From Octopus vulgaris (taxonomy: Eukaryota), in NCBI GenBank assembly GCA_951406725.2, contig OX597819.1, forward strand, positions 21,080,001 to 21,144,000: DNA of 64,000 nt. The letters run 5' to 3'. A program made the translations under genes and the position numbers. Below are positions 13,563-27,862 of this stretch, piece after piece. The notes under the pieces are model-generated. The model was given only the letters and a program-made list of their open reading frames with translations, was not told the origin of the DNA and did not search any database. Position 1 is the first letter of the stretch. Each line of letters opens with the position of its first letter.

Positions 13563-14057
13563 TACCTGTTTTCGTCCAGGCGCACCCCAGGGTCTGTTAC
13601 CGTTGTAGGAACCCATGCGTTTCCTATAAAATTTTACCACCAGGGGTGCTATTAAGCTAAACATGGTCTAGGCAGATTCAAGCTGAAAGTTATTTTAGTA
13701 CCTATGAATACACACACACTTCCACATACACATATGTATGTATGACTATATACATATGTTTGTTACTATATATATATATTTATACACACACACACACACA
13801 CGAGTGTGTGTACGTGTATTTGTGCATGCGTGATATTGAGATAAGTACTTTGGAAAATAGATAGATGGATGGATAGAAAGATAGGTGTATCGACAAGTAA
13901 TTAACTTCCTTGTTTCACCTGTCCATGATTCCATTTCTGTTTTTCTTTTGCTATCATTCATTTATGGCCGCTGATGATCGCTATAATCTGATCGGAGATA
14001 TGCCTGAAACTACAGTTTGCATTTCATTCCAACACATACACGCACACACGCTTGTGA

Positions 14058-14106
<49 letters not shown>

Positions 14107-17100
14107 GACACATATATACACATATACATTCACGCACGCATGTACACATACACATATATATACATGTCCTAACACTACGTATATAAATGTTTGTGTATGG
14201 ATATGTTTATGTTTTTGTTTGTATGTGTGTGTTGTCATATATGCAAGTGTGTACACGTTTTGTGGGTGAGCAAATCAGAATCGGTCCCTCAATAGATCAT
14301 CTGTGAATGTTACATTATAAATATATTTCCATTGAGACTGTTACAAAGTGACGCCCGGTCTATCAATAACATCACAGCTCTACGGCGGCAACAATGGCGC
14401 TCTTTCATCGAACCGAAATACTGGCTCTCTTTTATCATAACAGAGAACTCTTTAACAACTGCAAAGACTCGAAGAGATAATCACATTGCCATCTCTTCAT
14501 TCATTCGACAACATGAAACGAAATGCTTAATGTCGTAAATGTCCTGTTGAAATATTGTTGATGATGCTGTTGTTGACATGCTAGATAATTGGCAATATGT
14601 TATCGCCACTTACCTACACACTTTTCATGCTTTACGGCGCAGACTTTCTTTCCCCTTGTTATTAAATCTTGTCATGTTTATGATAATCTGCAGCCATATT
14701 CACTATCGTTAGAGATACAGATTTTCCCCTTCCTCCTCAACATACAATAATATCTAAACCCATATATATATATGACCGTATACGCAATCACAAATATACT
14801 ACCAAACACACACATACTCACGCACGCAGGCATGCGCACGTACGGACACACGGACACACACTTCGGGACTGAAGGTTTAGGTTAGCACAGTTCATAGTAT
14901 GGCTTTGACGAATAGACATGCAGGGTGCTTTCAGCTTCCGAGTTGAAGATTTTAGATTGCTTCTGTATAAAGGCCACACACGGGAGAATAGAAATGAAAT
15001 AATATGCGTGTGGCTGCACGTTGAGTCTTGTATAGGAACATAAAAGACTATGGCAATACGGATGCATAGAAAGATTTATAGAAGTACCCAAATTTGAGAT
15101 GAACCAAATGATATGTACATATCTGCACCCAAAATCTTCAGAAAATGACTAAGTGTGTTGTATCTTCCTTACATTCTGATAAATATGAATTTCTTTAAGG
15201 AATATATTCAGGGAGAGATATAACTATGACGCGAGAGAAGGAGGCAGGAATTAAATGTGTATGTTTGTGTGTGTGTGTGTGTGTGGGTGTGTGTGTGGAT
15301 AGCAGTTAGCATGGCTGCTCAGCCTCTCTAAACTTGACTTTAAGGCTTCTTCGAATACCATTCTTCTGTCTTACATAACTCTAAGAAATAGTGCTTCTAC
15401 CAAAAAATATACATCATGTAATTACGTACGCATTTGCTCTAAAATATAGGCAAGATGCTTTTGGTTAAAACATCTTTAATCGTCGGTCTACAAACCAAAG
15501 CTTAACTTGATGATATACTTGATCAATATATACCAATATGAAGTAGCATTAGTGTCCTTGGAACTGCATCACTCTGCTATCACTCTGAACCAAACACTTT
15601 TCATATAATCATGAGATATAAAGAAGATATTAAATGCACATTTCAAAAGAAACTGCTGCTGAAATTGTTTTGGCAAGTTTAATTTTACATCTTGCACAGT
15701 TGATCTGAGCTACAGTTAAGTGACAGAAGCATGAGAAGTCCTGAACTTTTTCATATGATTCAGTGCCGGTTTTGTAACGCGAATACCTTCGTAAGGCACA
15801 ATATAACATCGCTTTATGAAATTTTACTTAAATATACACAATCAATTCATAATAGAGTAGAGGAGGCAAAACGCCAAAACTCAAAAACCCAAAAAAAATG
15901 TACTGAATACAATGAACAAACGATTAGTTTAACCTCGAACCCCACAAACTGCAAATCTTTCTGTAACTTACGTTTATGTATGTATTCATACAGATACTTA
16001 CATATATACAATATTTACACACACAAAGCTTTTATTGGAACTGGGAAAATGCCTTGTGTTCTGAATTTCACACCACTTTAATCTTCAAGTGAGATCGAAA
16101 AGCTGAGCAACAATATAGAGCAGGCACCTGTCCATATTCCTACAGCAATACATACACCTGACCATGTCTTAGTTGTAATACTTTTTATCTGTTGATCGCG
16201 CTGTAGCGTAAAAGAATTGCAATTTTAATGATATGGAAAATATCCTCCATTTAACATTGTTCGCTCATTCCTCATTACTCAGACATAAATCAACATATAA
16301 TGGGTGAGTGTTAAAATAGGCGTCGCTTTTCTGCCTCATTTACATGTAATATGCATAAAATTCAATGGGAATTTTAAACGAGCTCCGTTTGTTTGGCTGA
16401 CATTACCGTTAGGGGTCCCTACCGCTTGTTTAACTCAAACATTCATGGATTTATTCACAGCCGCAAATTTTCATGTCACGGTTATCTGTACATATTGTTC
16501 TGCTGTTAACTTTAGGGTTATATTTTTAGAGAGTATTTAAGGTGGTATCCATCACATTCTACAAGAACATCGAGATTGGTGGGAAGATGAGAGACTTATG
16601 TCATCAGGTTGTAGACATTACTTGATTACTGCAACTTAATGATCAACCATTGAGATGACAATACATGACATGAAAGAATGAGACAGGTTAAGTCTATGAA
16701 TCTAGAGAAGATGGTGAGATATAAACAAACGCAATCAACTGAAACTAATATCGCCGATCCGTTAGAACATTGGCTTTAATTTGTACATTTTCTTTAATGC
16801 AAAATGAATGAAGCGCAATTTCCTACCTCGGTTTCATTTGAGCTCAAAGTACGGAGAGTCTGGTCAATTATAGTGCGACCTTGTATACAAAGAGCTAACG
16901 GTGGTGTCAGTTTGCGGGCTGATTGTGCCGAGGCAACATCTCTTATTTCTATGATGCAGAAATGCTGCTGCCAGCCATGACACACCATCCACCATGTGTC
17001 AACACGTCCATTTGCTCTATTCCTCTAAAGATATCTAGCTGACCATGTCATTTCATCCGCATGTACTGTTGGCCGAGTAACCTAGGACGGCGCTGCGAAA

Positions 17101-17723
17101 ATTGAATCGACTCATTATCACCACCATCACCAACAACCACTCCTCCTCCTATTCCTCCAAATCATCCTCATTCTCACCACTACCATCATCACCATCCTCC
17201 TCCTCCTCTTCCTCATCAGCGTTGTCTTTTTCATCATGGTCGTTGTCGCCGTTATCACCGTCATCGTCGTCATAATCACCATCAGCAATTGTTCTGTAAT
17301 TGCCAAGATGGAAGAGAATCTGAGAGAAATAAAACGAGAAAGAAACAGAAGAGAAGAAACACTTTATTTGTTTTAATAATCACAACAAAGGATTCGAACT
17401 CAGCGCGGTCGCATAATCCATATAATTATTCATTATATTCGCTGGTAAATGCCACGTGATATGGCTATTGCGAAGTGGAGATGGTGATGACGTTTTGCAT
17501 CTCATCACAAATGCTTGTCTGATCTTTCCCAAAACTTACAGAAAGAGCCCACCATCCTTACATCTTTATCTCTCACTTTCTTCCTTCAGCTCCTTCTCTT
17601 TCTCTTCTTTGACACACAGACAGACAAGCACACACACACACACACATGCCCGCATAGAGGCAATGGTGCAGACGCACGTTGCGCGCACATGCGTGTTATT
17701 GTGTGTGTATGCATATGCATACA

Positions 17724-17780
<57 letters not shown>

Positions 17781-20700
17781 ATGTGTGTGTGTGTGCTTAC
17801 TTATATAGGGAAAGGACAGAGTGTGATAGAGACAGAGGCGGGCAAACTGACAGTGGAGCAGAAAAGGAAGAAAATCAAAGAATTAAACAACTCTGGAATT
17901 ATTTATGAAATGAAATTTTAAAAAAACAACGGGCTACAGATTCAATAATTTTAGCAAAATGCTGCTCACCAGGGAGTATCAGTGTAACAGGGACATTGAC
18001 AAAGTAATAAGATGTCTTCGATACCAGTTTGAATTAGAGTTGAGAAAGGTGGCGTTAGTTGTGGTGGAGGTTGTGGTGTCTATTCCAAGATCATTCCTGC
18101 TCGAACTGACTTATAAGCCAAATGTTTCCTCCAGGCGCCCCCGGTTGCCTTATTATATTAAAATGTCATGCGGCTTTGGCGCAGTTCAGATGGATGTATG
18201 TTGTCAGAGGTAGATGTGATTGCTTTTTCTAGCATATGGACAGCACACAGGGAAGTTCCCTCGTTAACTAGAGAATTATTGTCGACAATACTACAAACTA
18301 TCATCTGAATGTTGATACTCTTTAGGCAAAGTTGTTGCTGGTTCAAAATAAATGTTTTCCTGTTATCATCATCCATGTTGCTTTTACTGTCTTTCGTTTT
18401 TTCCCCTTTAATTCCAATCTAAACCTAATCGAACTCCCTCGTCTACTATCAAAGTTCCCTAAACATTGTCCATCCTATCTTTTGTCAATTGATTTAGAGT
18501 GTACAAGTCTGTATTCATGTATAGGGGAAAGGAGATGTTTCTACAGCATTTTCGATTCTGAGAAAATAAAAAAAAAACATATTTTGTAAATCTTCACAAC
18601 CTTACAAAAACTGTATAAGCTAATCGAAAGATCTTCTTTAAAGTCATCATAACAATCTCAACAAATTTTCCCAGATATTTTATTTGCTAGCTCAATGATG
18701 GAAATGTTTTTTAAAAAAAAAAAACATGCCGGTCACCTAATCATATACCAAACTCTCTCAACTCCAACAACAGCAACAACTATTCTGACCAATTTTTACT
18801 CCTAAATATGATGAAACAGTACAAAATGACTTACAATGTTATGATATCAAACTGCTAGGGAGAAAATAAAAAAGTCAGTAATTACTCATTTTGTTTCGTT
18901 TACTAATTTCACCCGCCTCCCTTAGTCACTTCTTAAATAGCAATAAACAGTAAAAATTGTGCGGAATTTGACTGCTCTGTCTAGCAACAGGTCCAAGAGT
19001 CTTCGTAAAGGACCCCTTATTAGTTCGTTGACATAGAAGCCTTGTGCACTGAAGATCTGATGTATTTTAGGAAGTGTCTATTCAATGACCACAATCCAAC
19101 ATAGATTTTCGCTCTCCTCGATTGAATAAGATTAAAAAAAAAACAATCAACGGAAAAGCAGTCGATTATTATGATGAAATTAATCGATGATTTCCTCCCT
19201 CATCAAAACTTAGTCGGTTTGCCTATTTCAGTAATCATTACGCACACAAGCGACATCTGTAATTAAATTGTTAAAGTGTTAGTTTAAAGCGAGTTATTTT
19301 ATAAATGTAGATGCAAATCTTGATGAAGTCTGAAGTTTCTATTCTCCCAAGATGGGAATTAGAAGTTGTTTAAGGAGGAAATTGAGAGGCGGGGGGGGGG
19401 ATTTGTCTAAAACGAGAAACAATAATTGTTCCGGTGAGGATTGAAATCAATGAGGGGAATGGAAGTAAAGAAATCTCGCAATTGTTTCTGTGGAGGTTTT
19501 CAAGTCTCCTTGACAGACAGGAACTGTCGTAAGTGATTCATTCCTGATTTATCACAATATCAAGCTGTTTGGTGTGTCCGAAAGTGTTATAAAAATGCCA
19601 GTGTGATTCCTATAGGGGCCGAAATAGACAGTTTAATGTCGAAATAAACATTATTTTATAATTGAGATACAATTACAATTTCCTTCTTTCTGTTTCGTGT
19701 ATCGTTTCAATTTATTTCCTCTATACAACATGTTTTCTCTCAGTTACAAATCCTTAATCAAAATTTCAGCAGTTTTTACATACACAAATATGCACGCTCA
19801 CACATATTATAATTCGCATTTTTACACACACACACACGCGAACATACACGCACCACATACACATACTCATGTCTATATGTGTGTGTCTATAAACATAGAG
19901 AGAGGGGACAAACATACATAGATAGATAGATAGATAGATATGAATCATATTGACCAAATTAAATAACAGTTCGTCATGATAAGAAGAGAATCAATGACTC
20001 CCCTCCTTACACATTTCTATAAACACATTAGTAAAGTAATACTGGACAACCATCTAGTAATTGTGAGATTCTTTCGTATTGTAGGATGTTTACACGCCTA
20101 TTTATGTCACATTACACTACTGAGTATGAAACATAGGAAGCGGTGAAACGGCAGAAATCGGTGCTGTATGCATTACATATTTCTCTTCGGACAGATGATG
20201 CTACAACTGAAAGAATTTGGTTTTTGATTCATGGACTTACTGAATTGCTCTTGTCCAGAAAATTTCGAAATTATTTCAAAGACCACTGCTCACGATTGTA
20301 CCTCAATTGATTTAAAAGAAACGATAAAGCTTTTCCAATCAGCTGGCAATTGAAACCGTAGATTGACACCGTCTCGCCATTCCCAAAAATAGTATGGTGA
20401 CGTCTTTTGAAGAATACGATAAAACTGTTCCCAAAACTCAATTTAAACATTAAATTCAAAGAAATCGAGATGAAATATACTGAGATGAATATATTCCAGA
20501 TTAATTCATAGTTAAACATCGTTTTCTGCAGGAACAAACATGACTACTGGGAAATACTAATAATCTATTAATTTCTTTAGTTTTCCGCTGAAGGATAGCA
20601 TACTTGAATCTAAAAGTATTTCTGTTATTTTGACATTACCATAAGGATAAGCACGTATCTTTCATATTTAGGGGAGGGAAAAAACACTATTGTTTTTGTA

Positions 20701-21317
20701 TGCAATATTTGTTAAAAGTTAAAAACCATCTTAACATTGAACAGCATATCAATTCATCAGATTTATGCACCATAGCAGTTATCTCCTAGTGATAAGTGTC
20801 TGTTAAGTATTGTCAACAGGTATTCCGTACTCTGCTGTTCCTTGTCTCGACAATTTTTCATGAAATGCTATTCCTTGCTTTCGAATTTTTTTTCACTTTT
20901 CGCTTGTCTCAGAAGCATTCTACGAACTCAATCATATTCGACAATGAATTCCAGACTCAAATTTCTTTCGTATAAGAATGATGTTCAAACTAGCAACTGC
21001 ACTAAATACCACACCACCAGTAATGAACAGTGTGAATTATGTGTTTTTTTCTTGCAGAATATTAACAAATAATTTTGTTTCTCTGGTCTGTATGTCTGCA
21101 TTCATAATCATAACATCTCATAAACACCATTTTGCATTGCAACAGAAAGCATCCATAAGAAGTAGGACACAATTCTGAGATTTGGGTTTCCTATTGGGGA
21201 TTGCGAATGGGATATCTTGTATTAATAAAAGCGAGAAGCTTACAGCACCGAGGTTTCCGAAGCAGTCAACCCCTATGGAAGAAATTAGTTACAGTTCTAT
21301 AATCATATGTACGTGAC

Positions 21318-21369
<52 letters not shown>

Positions 21370-21406
21370 GTGTGTGTGTATAGTTTCTCTCTCTCTCTCT
21401 CTCTCT

Positions 21407-21450
<44 letters not shown>

Positions 21451-21453
<3 letters not shown>

Positions 21454-21666
21454 CTCTTTACTCTTTTACTTGTTTCAGTCATTTGACTGCGTCCATGCTG
21501 GAGCACTGCCTTTAGTCGAGCAAATCGACCCCGAGACTTATTCTTTGTAAGCCTAGTACTTATTATATCGGTCTCTTTTTGCCGAACCGCTAAGTGACGG
21601 GGACGTAAACACACCAGCATCGGTTGTGAAGCAATGCTAGGGGGACAAACACAGACACACAAACAT

Positions 21667-21724
<58 letters not shown>

Positions 21725-21884
21725 GACAGGCTTCTTCAGTTTCCGTCAACCAAATCCACTCACAAGGCATTGTCGGCCCGAGGCTATAGCAGAAGACACC
21801 TGTCCAAGATGCCACGCAGTGGGACTGAACCCGAGACCATATAGTTGGTTAGCAAGCTACTTACCACACAGCCACTCCTGCGCC
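21451..21884 (-). mobile_element. SINE family A, full length
   Basis: Reverse complement starts GGCGCAGGAGTGGCTGTGTGGTAAG. Expanded internal (TA)n; (TA)n on both flanks. Confidence 0.92.
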
Positions 21885-21907
21885 TATAATATATATATAT
21901 ATATATA

Positions 21908-22206
21908 TATAATCAGGGCTCAGTAAAATCATTTACTTTACCACATACTGAAACTTTTAGAAATAGCAGCCAAAAAGTTTTTTTAGCCATTTCTTCTACT
22001 ATAAGAAAAGTCTTCCAGGTAGTGTTTACTCAAAAATAATTTGAGTGATATTTTGTTGTTTTTCCCTCCATATTTATTTTTGAGTAAACACTATCTGGTA
22101 GACTTTTCTTATAGTAGAAGAAATGGCTAAAAAAAACTTCTTGGCTGCTATTTCTAAAAGTTTCAGTATGTGGTAAAGTAAATTATTTTACTGAGCCCTA
22201 ATTATA
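21908..22206. repeat. About 132-bp inverted repeat with a 34-nt spacer
   Basis: 21908-22039 versus 22074-22206 (CAGGGCTCAGTAAAA..TTTAGAAATAGCAGCCAA..GTGTTTACTCAAAAATAA). A diverged single arm is at about 57200-57285. Confidence 0.9.
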
Positions 22207-23084
22207 AAACATAATATTTTGAATATACCTTGAATGGTCCTTTTACATACTGAACACTACTTGGTGAAATTAATAAATAATTTATTTATTTTACCCTTTT
22301 ATTATTGATAATTATATAATATATTATCGAGAAATATTTCACGGGTGCAAATTTTAACATTTTTACCAACGCATTGCTACATATGTTTCAGCATAACATG
22401 TATTTTTAAGAGACTACCTCATCAAATCCACAAGATTTTATTAAATATTATTTAGAGTATCCAGGGAGCCTAGGAGAGTCCTTTAATGTGTCATGCATAC
22501 GTCTTTAGGCAAGTTTGCATTAATGTTTTTAGGATTGCTTTGTTGTTTTGACTTCAGGATATTAACCATTGTACACCAATCAAAATGTTCTGCTGGGTTA
22601 ATGGGCGGTTCTTCTGAATTATTGCAAACGACAAAACAGGTGGATGTATCGATAAAGAACTTTGAAAAGGATGTTTTTTATTCGTTGTTTACGTATCAAC
22701 TCAAGATGAGGAAAGAAAAAGAGGAAATAAAATTGTGAATTGTATACAGTCAAAAATGCGCAGACTGGAAGATAAAAAGAATAGAAGACCATAATAGCAA
22801 CAAGCAGCTGCAGCAGCAGTAACAACAGTAGTGGTAGTAGTACCAGCCCTTGATAGACCGAACTCAATCATATTCTGACATTGCAGATCAAGCTTATCCC
22901 ATTCACAACATTGTCAAAACGCTTTTTAAGGGCTCGCTTAAAATCTTCATGAAAAATGCATAATTTAATGAAAGTACCACTGCTTTTCTTTGTACTCAAA
23001 TGTACTTTATACAGAAAGTGCAAGTGAGACATATACCAATATACTAAAACATTTTGAATATTAACGAAACAATCCTCTTTCCAG

Positions 23085-23151
23085 AGAGTGTAAGGGGACA
23101 TGACAATGATACGGTTAAAAGGATCCCTCACCTCTGATATGTTTTCACAAG
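23085..23151 (+). other. Candidate exon
   Basis: Branch-like TTAAC, acceptor CCTCTTTCCAG, donor CAAG|GTGAGT. Confidence 0.35.
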
Positions 23152-23592
23152 GTGAGTACTGCAAATGTGCATGCAAGCATCTCAGATCTTCGCAAAGGAG
23201 AGTAATTTGCCATTTTCCAATGTTTGCAATCCTGTAGCTTATGCTAAGTTTGTTCGAGTAGTTTTCACTTCGATCGATCATTGTTTGATTGATTGGATTT
23301 CGTCTTTGGTTTTCTTATCACTTTGGACAATGCTTCTCTTGGTTTCTCGTAGTTTTCTCCGCAGGTCCAATTGTGGATAATAGCGTATTTTGACGTTATT
23401 TAAGGGCTCACATTTTGGGAATATTTTTCGATACTATCTGTTTGCACTTTGACCTACTTTATTTTTAATTGCTTTACCTCTCTTTCTTCATCTCTTTCTA
23501 AAATGTAAGCATAAAAGATTATGGAAGCCTTGCACCAAGAAAAGAAAGTCAGTTACAAAACTGATTTTAACGTAATATTAAGTACAAACGTA

Positions 23593-23846
23593 CATCTATT
23601 TGTGTATCATATATAAGGTATTTCACAGAAAAGCGAACTTACTGCGATACTCACCGGAAAAAATATTTTTGATGGATGCGCTGTGCGTAAAAACAAACTA
23701 ATATCTCAGTAGCAAATGAAAATCGTTCAGCAGTCTGTTATTGAAATGTGTGAGCTTTCTCAAAGAGATACATTCTTCGGACACACACAGCAATAAGTTC
23801 GCTTTTTTTTTCTTGACATATTTAACTTAAATGTGATACAGAGATG
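23593..23846. mobile_element. MITE-like element with about 50-bp imperfect terminal inverted repeats
   Basis: AAAAGCGAACTTACTGC (23629) versus GCAATAAGTTCGCTTTT (23790), extending outward to TGTATCA / TGATACA. Confidence 0.55.
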
Positions 23847-23914
23847 GCTAGTTTAACATACACTGCTTCCATTGCGTATAACGAATATATAAATATTTTC
23901 TTTTTATCTTTCAG

Positions 23915-24006
23915 AGAAGGCCAGTACATGGCCCATTGCTGGGAAACCAGAATTTATCCTCAAGCCTGAAGCACCGTCCGAATACTGGCAACACAGTGGA
24001 TTCTAA
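23915..24006 (+). other. Candidate exon
   Basis: Strong acceptor TATTTTCTTTTTATCTTTCAG followed by GC-richer unique sequence. Confidence 0.3.
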
Positions 24007-24480
24007 TTAAGAGATTCAATATGTCAAGCGTTGATGCAAAATCGGCTGATGGGGTAAATCAACGAGCCGTGTAGTGCAGATTGGAATAAGGCAGGCATCC
24101 AGTTCGACTTTACTACAGTTTTGCAAACACATTTCCGTAGATAGGATTTTTTTCTCGTTTTCTAAACAGAAATTTTAAACATGTATGCCGTAGTTATAAG
24201 GAATATGTTGATATCTGACAAGTGTTTCATCTGTACATCTAACGAGCATACGTAACATATTAATTCATCAATAGATTTTTTATGCGCTGGGTTTCATGAA
24301 ACGAAAAAGGACAAGCTATTAAATAATTACAATTGCAAGTACTTAGTAAACTCAAGAAAATTCGAAGTGTCGCACATACATATACATATGTATAGACACG
24401 CGTTTACTATGAACGTTCAGATGTATAATGCAAAAGATACAGTAACAAACAAGCAATGATATTCGTGTATACATACATAC

Positions 24481-24800
24481 ATGATGATGGCTGCCCCCTC
24501 TTTATCGACTATGGCCCCTGCACGAGGCTTAACTGTTAACGGTGCTGTGATCGAACGTGAATTTTTAGCCCAACTAAAGAACTACAATGTGTTGTACAGA
24601 ACTGGCAGCTAAAACCTTTACTAACAATAGCCCGCTGTAGTTGTAACTGGGCTTCATGTACCTCTGCATGTCGTTTAAGTCCTCCCGCTGAATTACACTC
24701 TCTTCCACATGCCTGACAGATATGATTAGTATGGTGTGTAACACCACCACCAGCGGCCTGGTGGTTGTCAATCATCTGTCTCGCCTTATGACTACAAAAT
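24481..24800 (-). mobile_element. RTE-like LINE 3' end with two C2H2 fingers
   Basis: CQACGRECNSAGGLKRH..H and CQFCTTHCSSLVGLKIH....H*, a short 3' UTR, then a (CAT)n tail. Confidence 0.75.
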
Positions 24801-25009
24801 GACTCTTGAGCCCAGCTTTACTGAGGCAGGGTCTTGCACGGACACTGCATGTCCGCATCATAGGAAGACCTTTCCCATTTGGAAGTGCAACAGCGATGCA
24901 CTTCCTGACATCCCTCCTTACTTTCTCATGCGCAACTCGACATATCTCAAAAGTAGCTGTCCCTTGTCTGATAACCTTAAATATATGCCCATAGAATTCA
25001 CACGACTGT

Positions 25010-25685
25010 ACCGCAACATACCGTCAGACGAAAAGATGAGCATATATGAGCAGAAGACTATGCATGGGTATGTTAGTAGAAAGCTATGAGATGATAGTAA
25101 CATTGATCATCAAAGCAGTCTGTCATGGACCAATAGCCGGATTACTACCTCCCACTCTGAAGGGTGTGAGTTTGCAATCCAGAAACAGGAAATATCAACC
25201 AAAAACCTGATACACAGAATAGACAGAGAGGCAGAAAAAGTAGCAAGATGTGATAACCGATGCAGACGTTTTGGTGTTAACAACGAAGATATCACCCACA
25301 CCATAAGCAGTTATCCGAAAACATCATCAACATATTATCTAACGATGATACATCACGTTGTAGTTAGGACACTGTATAATGAGATTCGTCGAAAGGATAA
25401 CCCCGAGGTCAAAGAAACAGGATCTCACAGTAAGCCACACCCTCTCATAATAGAAAGGATTACAGTTCGAATGACCCAGTGAAAACTTCAATAAAATACA
25501 AAAACAACAGACCTGATATAATGATTTGGGACTGAGATGAGGAACAGCGTACAGTTGATTACAAGTTCAAGTTTCTTCTTATAATTATTTCGGGACCTTG
25601 GCCATGTAACACACTACTTAAATACCAATCTTGAGAAATTAGGCTTCTCAAAATCAGAAAGGAGAAAGCTGATTCGAAGTCCACA
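25010..25685 (+). mobile_element. R4/Dong-clade LINE relic
   Basis: KTMHGY..SLSW..SHSEG..AIQKQEIST..CDNRCR..EDITH..HHVVV, later NRPDIMIWD. Confidence 0.75.
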
Positions 25686-25965
25686 AGGTCGACCCGGGAC
25701 GGCATAGTCGCTTCAGAGCAACGCGACACTCGCGTTACCATTCGCCCTTCCGCAGCCTCTTTTTCATCTACGACTGCAGTTCGGTCATGGATACGAGCTG
25801 TGGGAAAGCGTACCACACAAGCGGTGACCACACCTGTTCACCGTCATCTACGTAGAGCCGGATATGTCGCAGTCTCAGTGCGTGTCTACGCATCATCAAC
25901 CTCGACATGCCCAGCCTTCCTTTTAACGGGTGTTGACAGCAAATGGATCGCCTGATAATCGGGAC
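25686..25965 (-). mobile_element. Tx1/L1-clade LINE ORF2 fragment
   Basis: GC-richer island translating PIIRRSICCQHPLKGRLGMSRLMMRRHALRLRH, resembling the post-RT GGLG motif. Confidence 0.6.
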
Positions 25966-25994
25966 GTATCCTCTTTTATATATAAATATATATA

Positions 25995-26640
25995 TATAAA
26001 GGAATACAAAAAAATGGGACAAGAACGCAAAATATCCATACACACGATACAAAACAATGACGGGTAATTCGGAGTTTTCTTTCTTCAGGCGAGTTCCAGA
26101 TTATCTTTGCAATTTCGGCTGGTTATACTCGAAAATGCTCCAATCTAGCCAGCCCCTAGGAAAAACAAAGCTAAGAGCACTATATTCCTGGGAGGAAAGC
26201 AGCGAATTATGTGAAAACAAGGACGGAGAAATGGTACGCAAATACAAATGCAAATAAAGGATATTAAGAATAGGTATCAATCGACTAAGGACGAATTAAA
26301 TTAAGCTGACGTGCGTGGAAGTGAAGCCTTACGCAGGGACATAAGAGATGACAGGCATGGGGAGGAACATAGATGTTGCACGGATGGTAGTCGAACCAAG
26401 AAAGGTCAGGCTTGGCCGAACAGCGGTCACGTAGAAAGAGAAGAGAGAGGTATGGGCAGAGGGATAGAAGAATTAGGGAGGGACGAGAAGAAAAAGTAAA
26501 GGGACAGAATGGAGTGAAAGAGGAGGGAAGGTGAGAATGAAGAGAAGGCCATGAAATGTGAGAGAGGGGGAACGAAAGACAGAAGAGTGGAAAGAACGAA
26601 GTAAGTGCGAAGGGGATGGTAGAAAGAATGAAAGAATAAT
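25995..26640 (-). mobile_element. Unclassified (TA)n-flanked interspersed element with a purine-rich tract
   Basis: Bounded by TA tracts. Degenerate CTGAAGA...CGAAT..GTC on the minus strand at 26059-26088. Confidence 0.35.
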
Positions 26641-26667
26641 TGAGTCATACAAAATTTATATATATAC

Positions 26668-26705
<38 letters not shown>

Positions 26706-27381
26706 TGAAAGGAATAGAGAGAGTGTGTGTGTGATGCCTATATAGGTAGATACAGAGAAAGAGATAGCAAGAGGGAGATAGAAAGATATGCCTATATAAA
26801 TAAATACATAGATATGTACAAACGTATGCATGATGTGCGCTCTGACAACGTTTCTCTGATGTTCCAAATGAACAAAGCAAAATAATTTTCTAAACGTCAA
26901 AATGAGAAATTAAAATATTTAATCATTCATATACGACATGGTGTTTTATTGAAATTATTTAAACAAGCTTTGTTTCTTTGCCATCGTGGAAATACAAATA
27001 AAACTCAACTTGCTTCCATATAACTACGATGTTCAAAGCAAATAAAATAACATGTGCGGTTTGTTGTTGTGGTTATTGTTGTTGTTGCTGCAGTTGCTTT
27101 GGTGTTATTTTTATAATTATTCTTTTGATCAGGGATAAGGGGATTATTAATTAGATAACGGTTAATTGAGCATATGCATATCGTGCATTGTGAATTTTAC
27201 TCTTTCCATTTAAACGGAATATAAATATTTCTATAATATTTCTGAAAAAGAAACCGTAATAATTTTTTTACGTATGTAAATATGTTTTCTATTATTTCTA
27301 AACCAGTGCGGTGTGTGTGTGTGTAGGCAGGTATATAATGTAATATGCATGCATATATACATATATGAAAATGTGAATATA

Positions 27382-27430
<49 letters not shown>

Positions 27431-27829
27431 ACATATGATTATATATATATATAATAAAATAATAGAAAATAAAATGTGTGGTTCCATGTATATATGTATA
27501 TACACAAATACATGTATACAAGCATATAGATATATGTGTGTGAGTGTATGTATGTATGCATGCATATGTATTCATACACATACATATAAGTTACGCTGTA
27601 TAGATTGTGTAATTTTGAGATAAAATTATTTTTAATAAATTTTGAAGTAATTCATTTTGAATCAAAAATGAAAATGATTTAATAATTAGATAAATTAAAC
27701 TCTGTTTCTTATTATTTGTTACTGAAATATCTTTAATCTTTAATTAAAAGGGAAGATATTTGATCATTTTTCTAGTTTGCGTAACTAGATTTAAATGGTT
27801 TCCATTCGTACGTACGTCACTTTTAATCT

Positions 27830-27862
<33 letters not shown>

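Noticed and set aside
11485-13664. Long YI/HT/MYVC-rich ORFs
   Set aside because: Translations of TA/TACA repeats that happen to lack stops. The same applies at 37628-38713 and 39253-39825.
13565-13680. GC-richer island after the TA array as a coding exon
   Set aside because: No recognisable motif or convincing splice-site pair.
24536-24775. Host C2H2 zinc-finger gene
   Set aside because: Lacks TGEKP linkers and ends in a short UTR plus (CAT)n tail typical of RTE-like LINEs.
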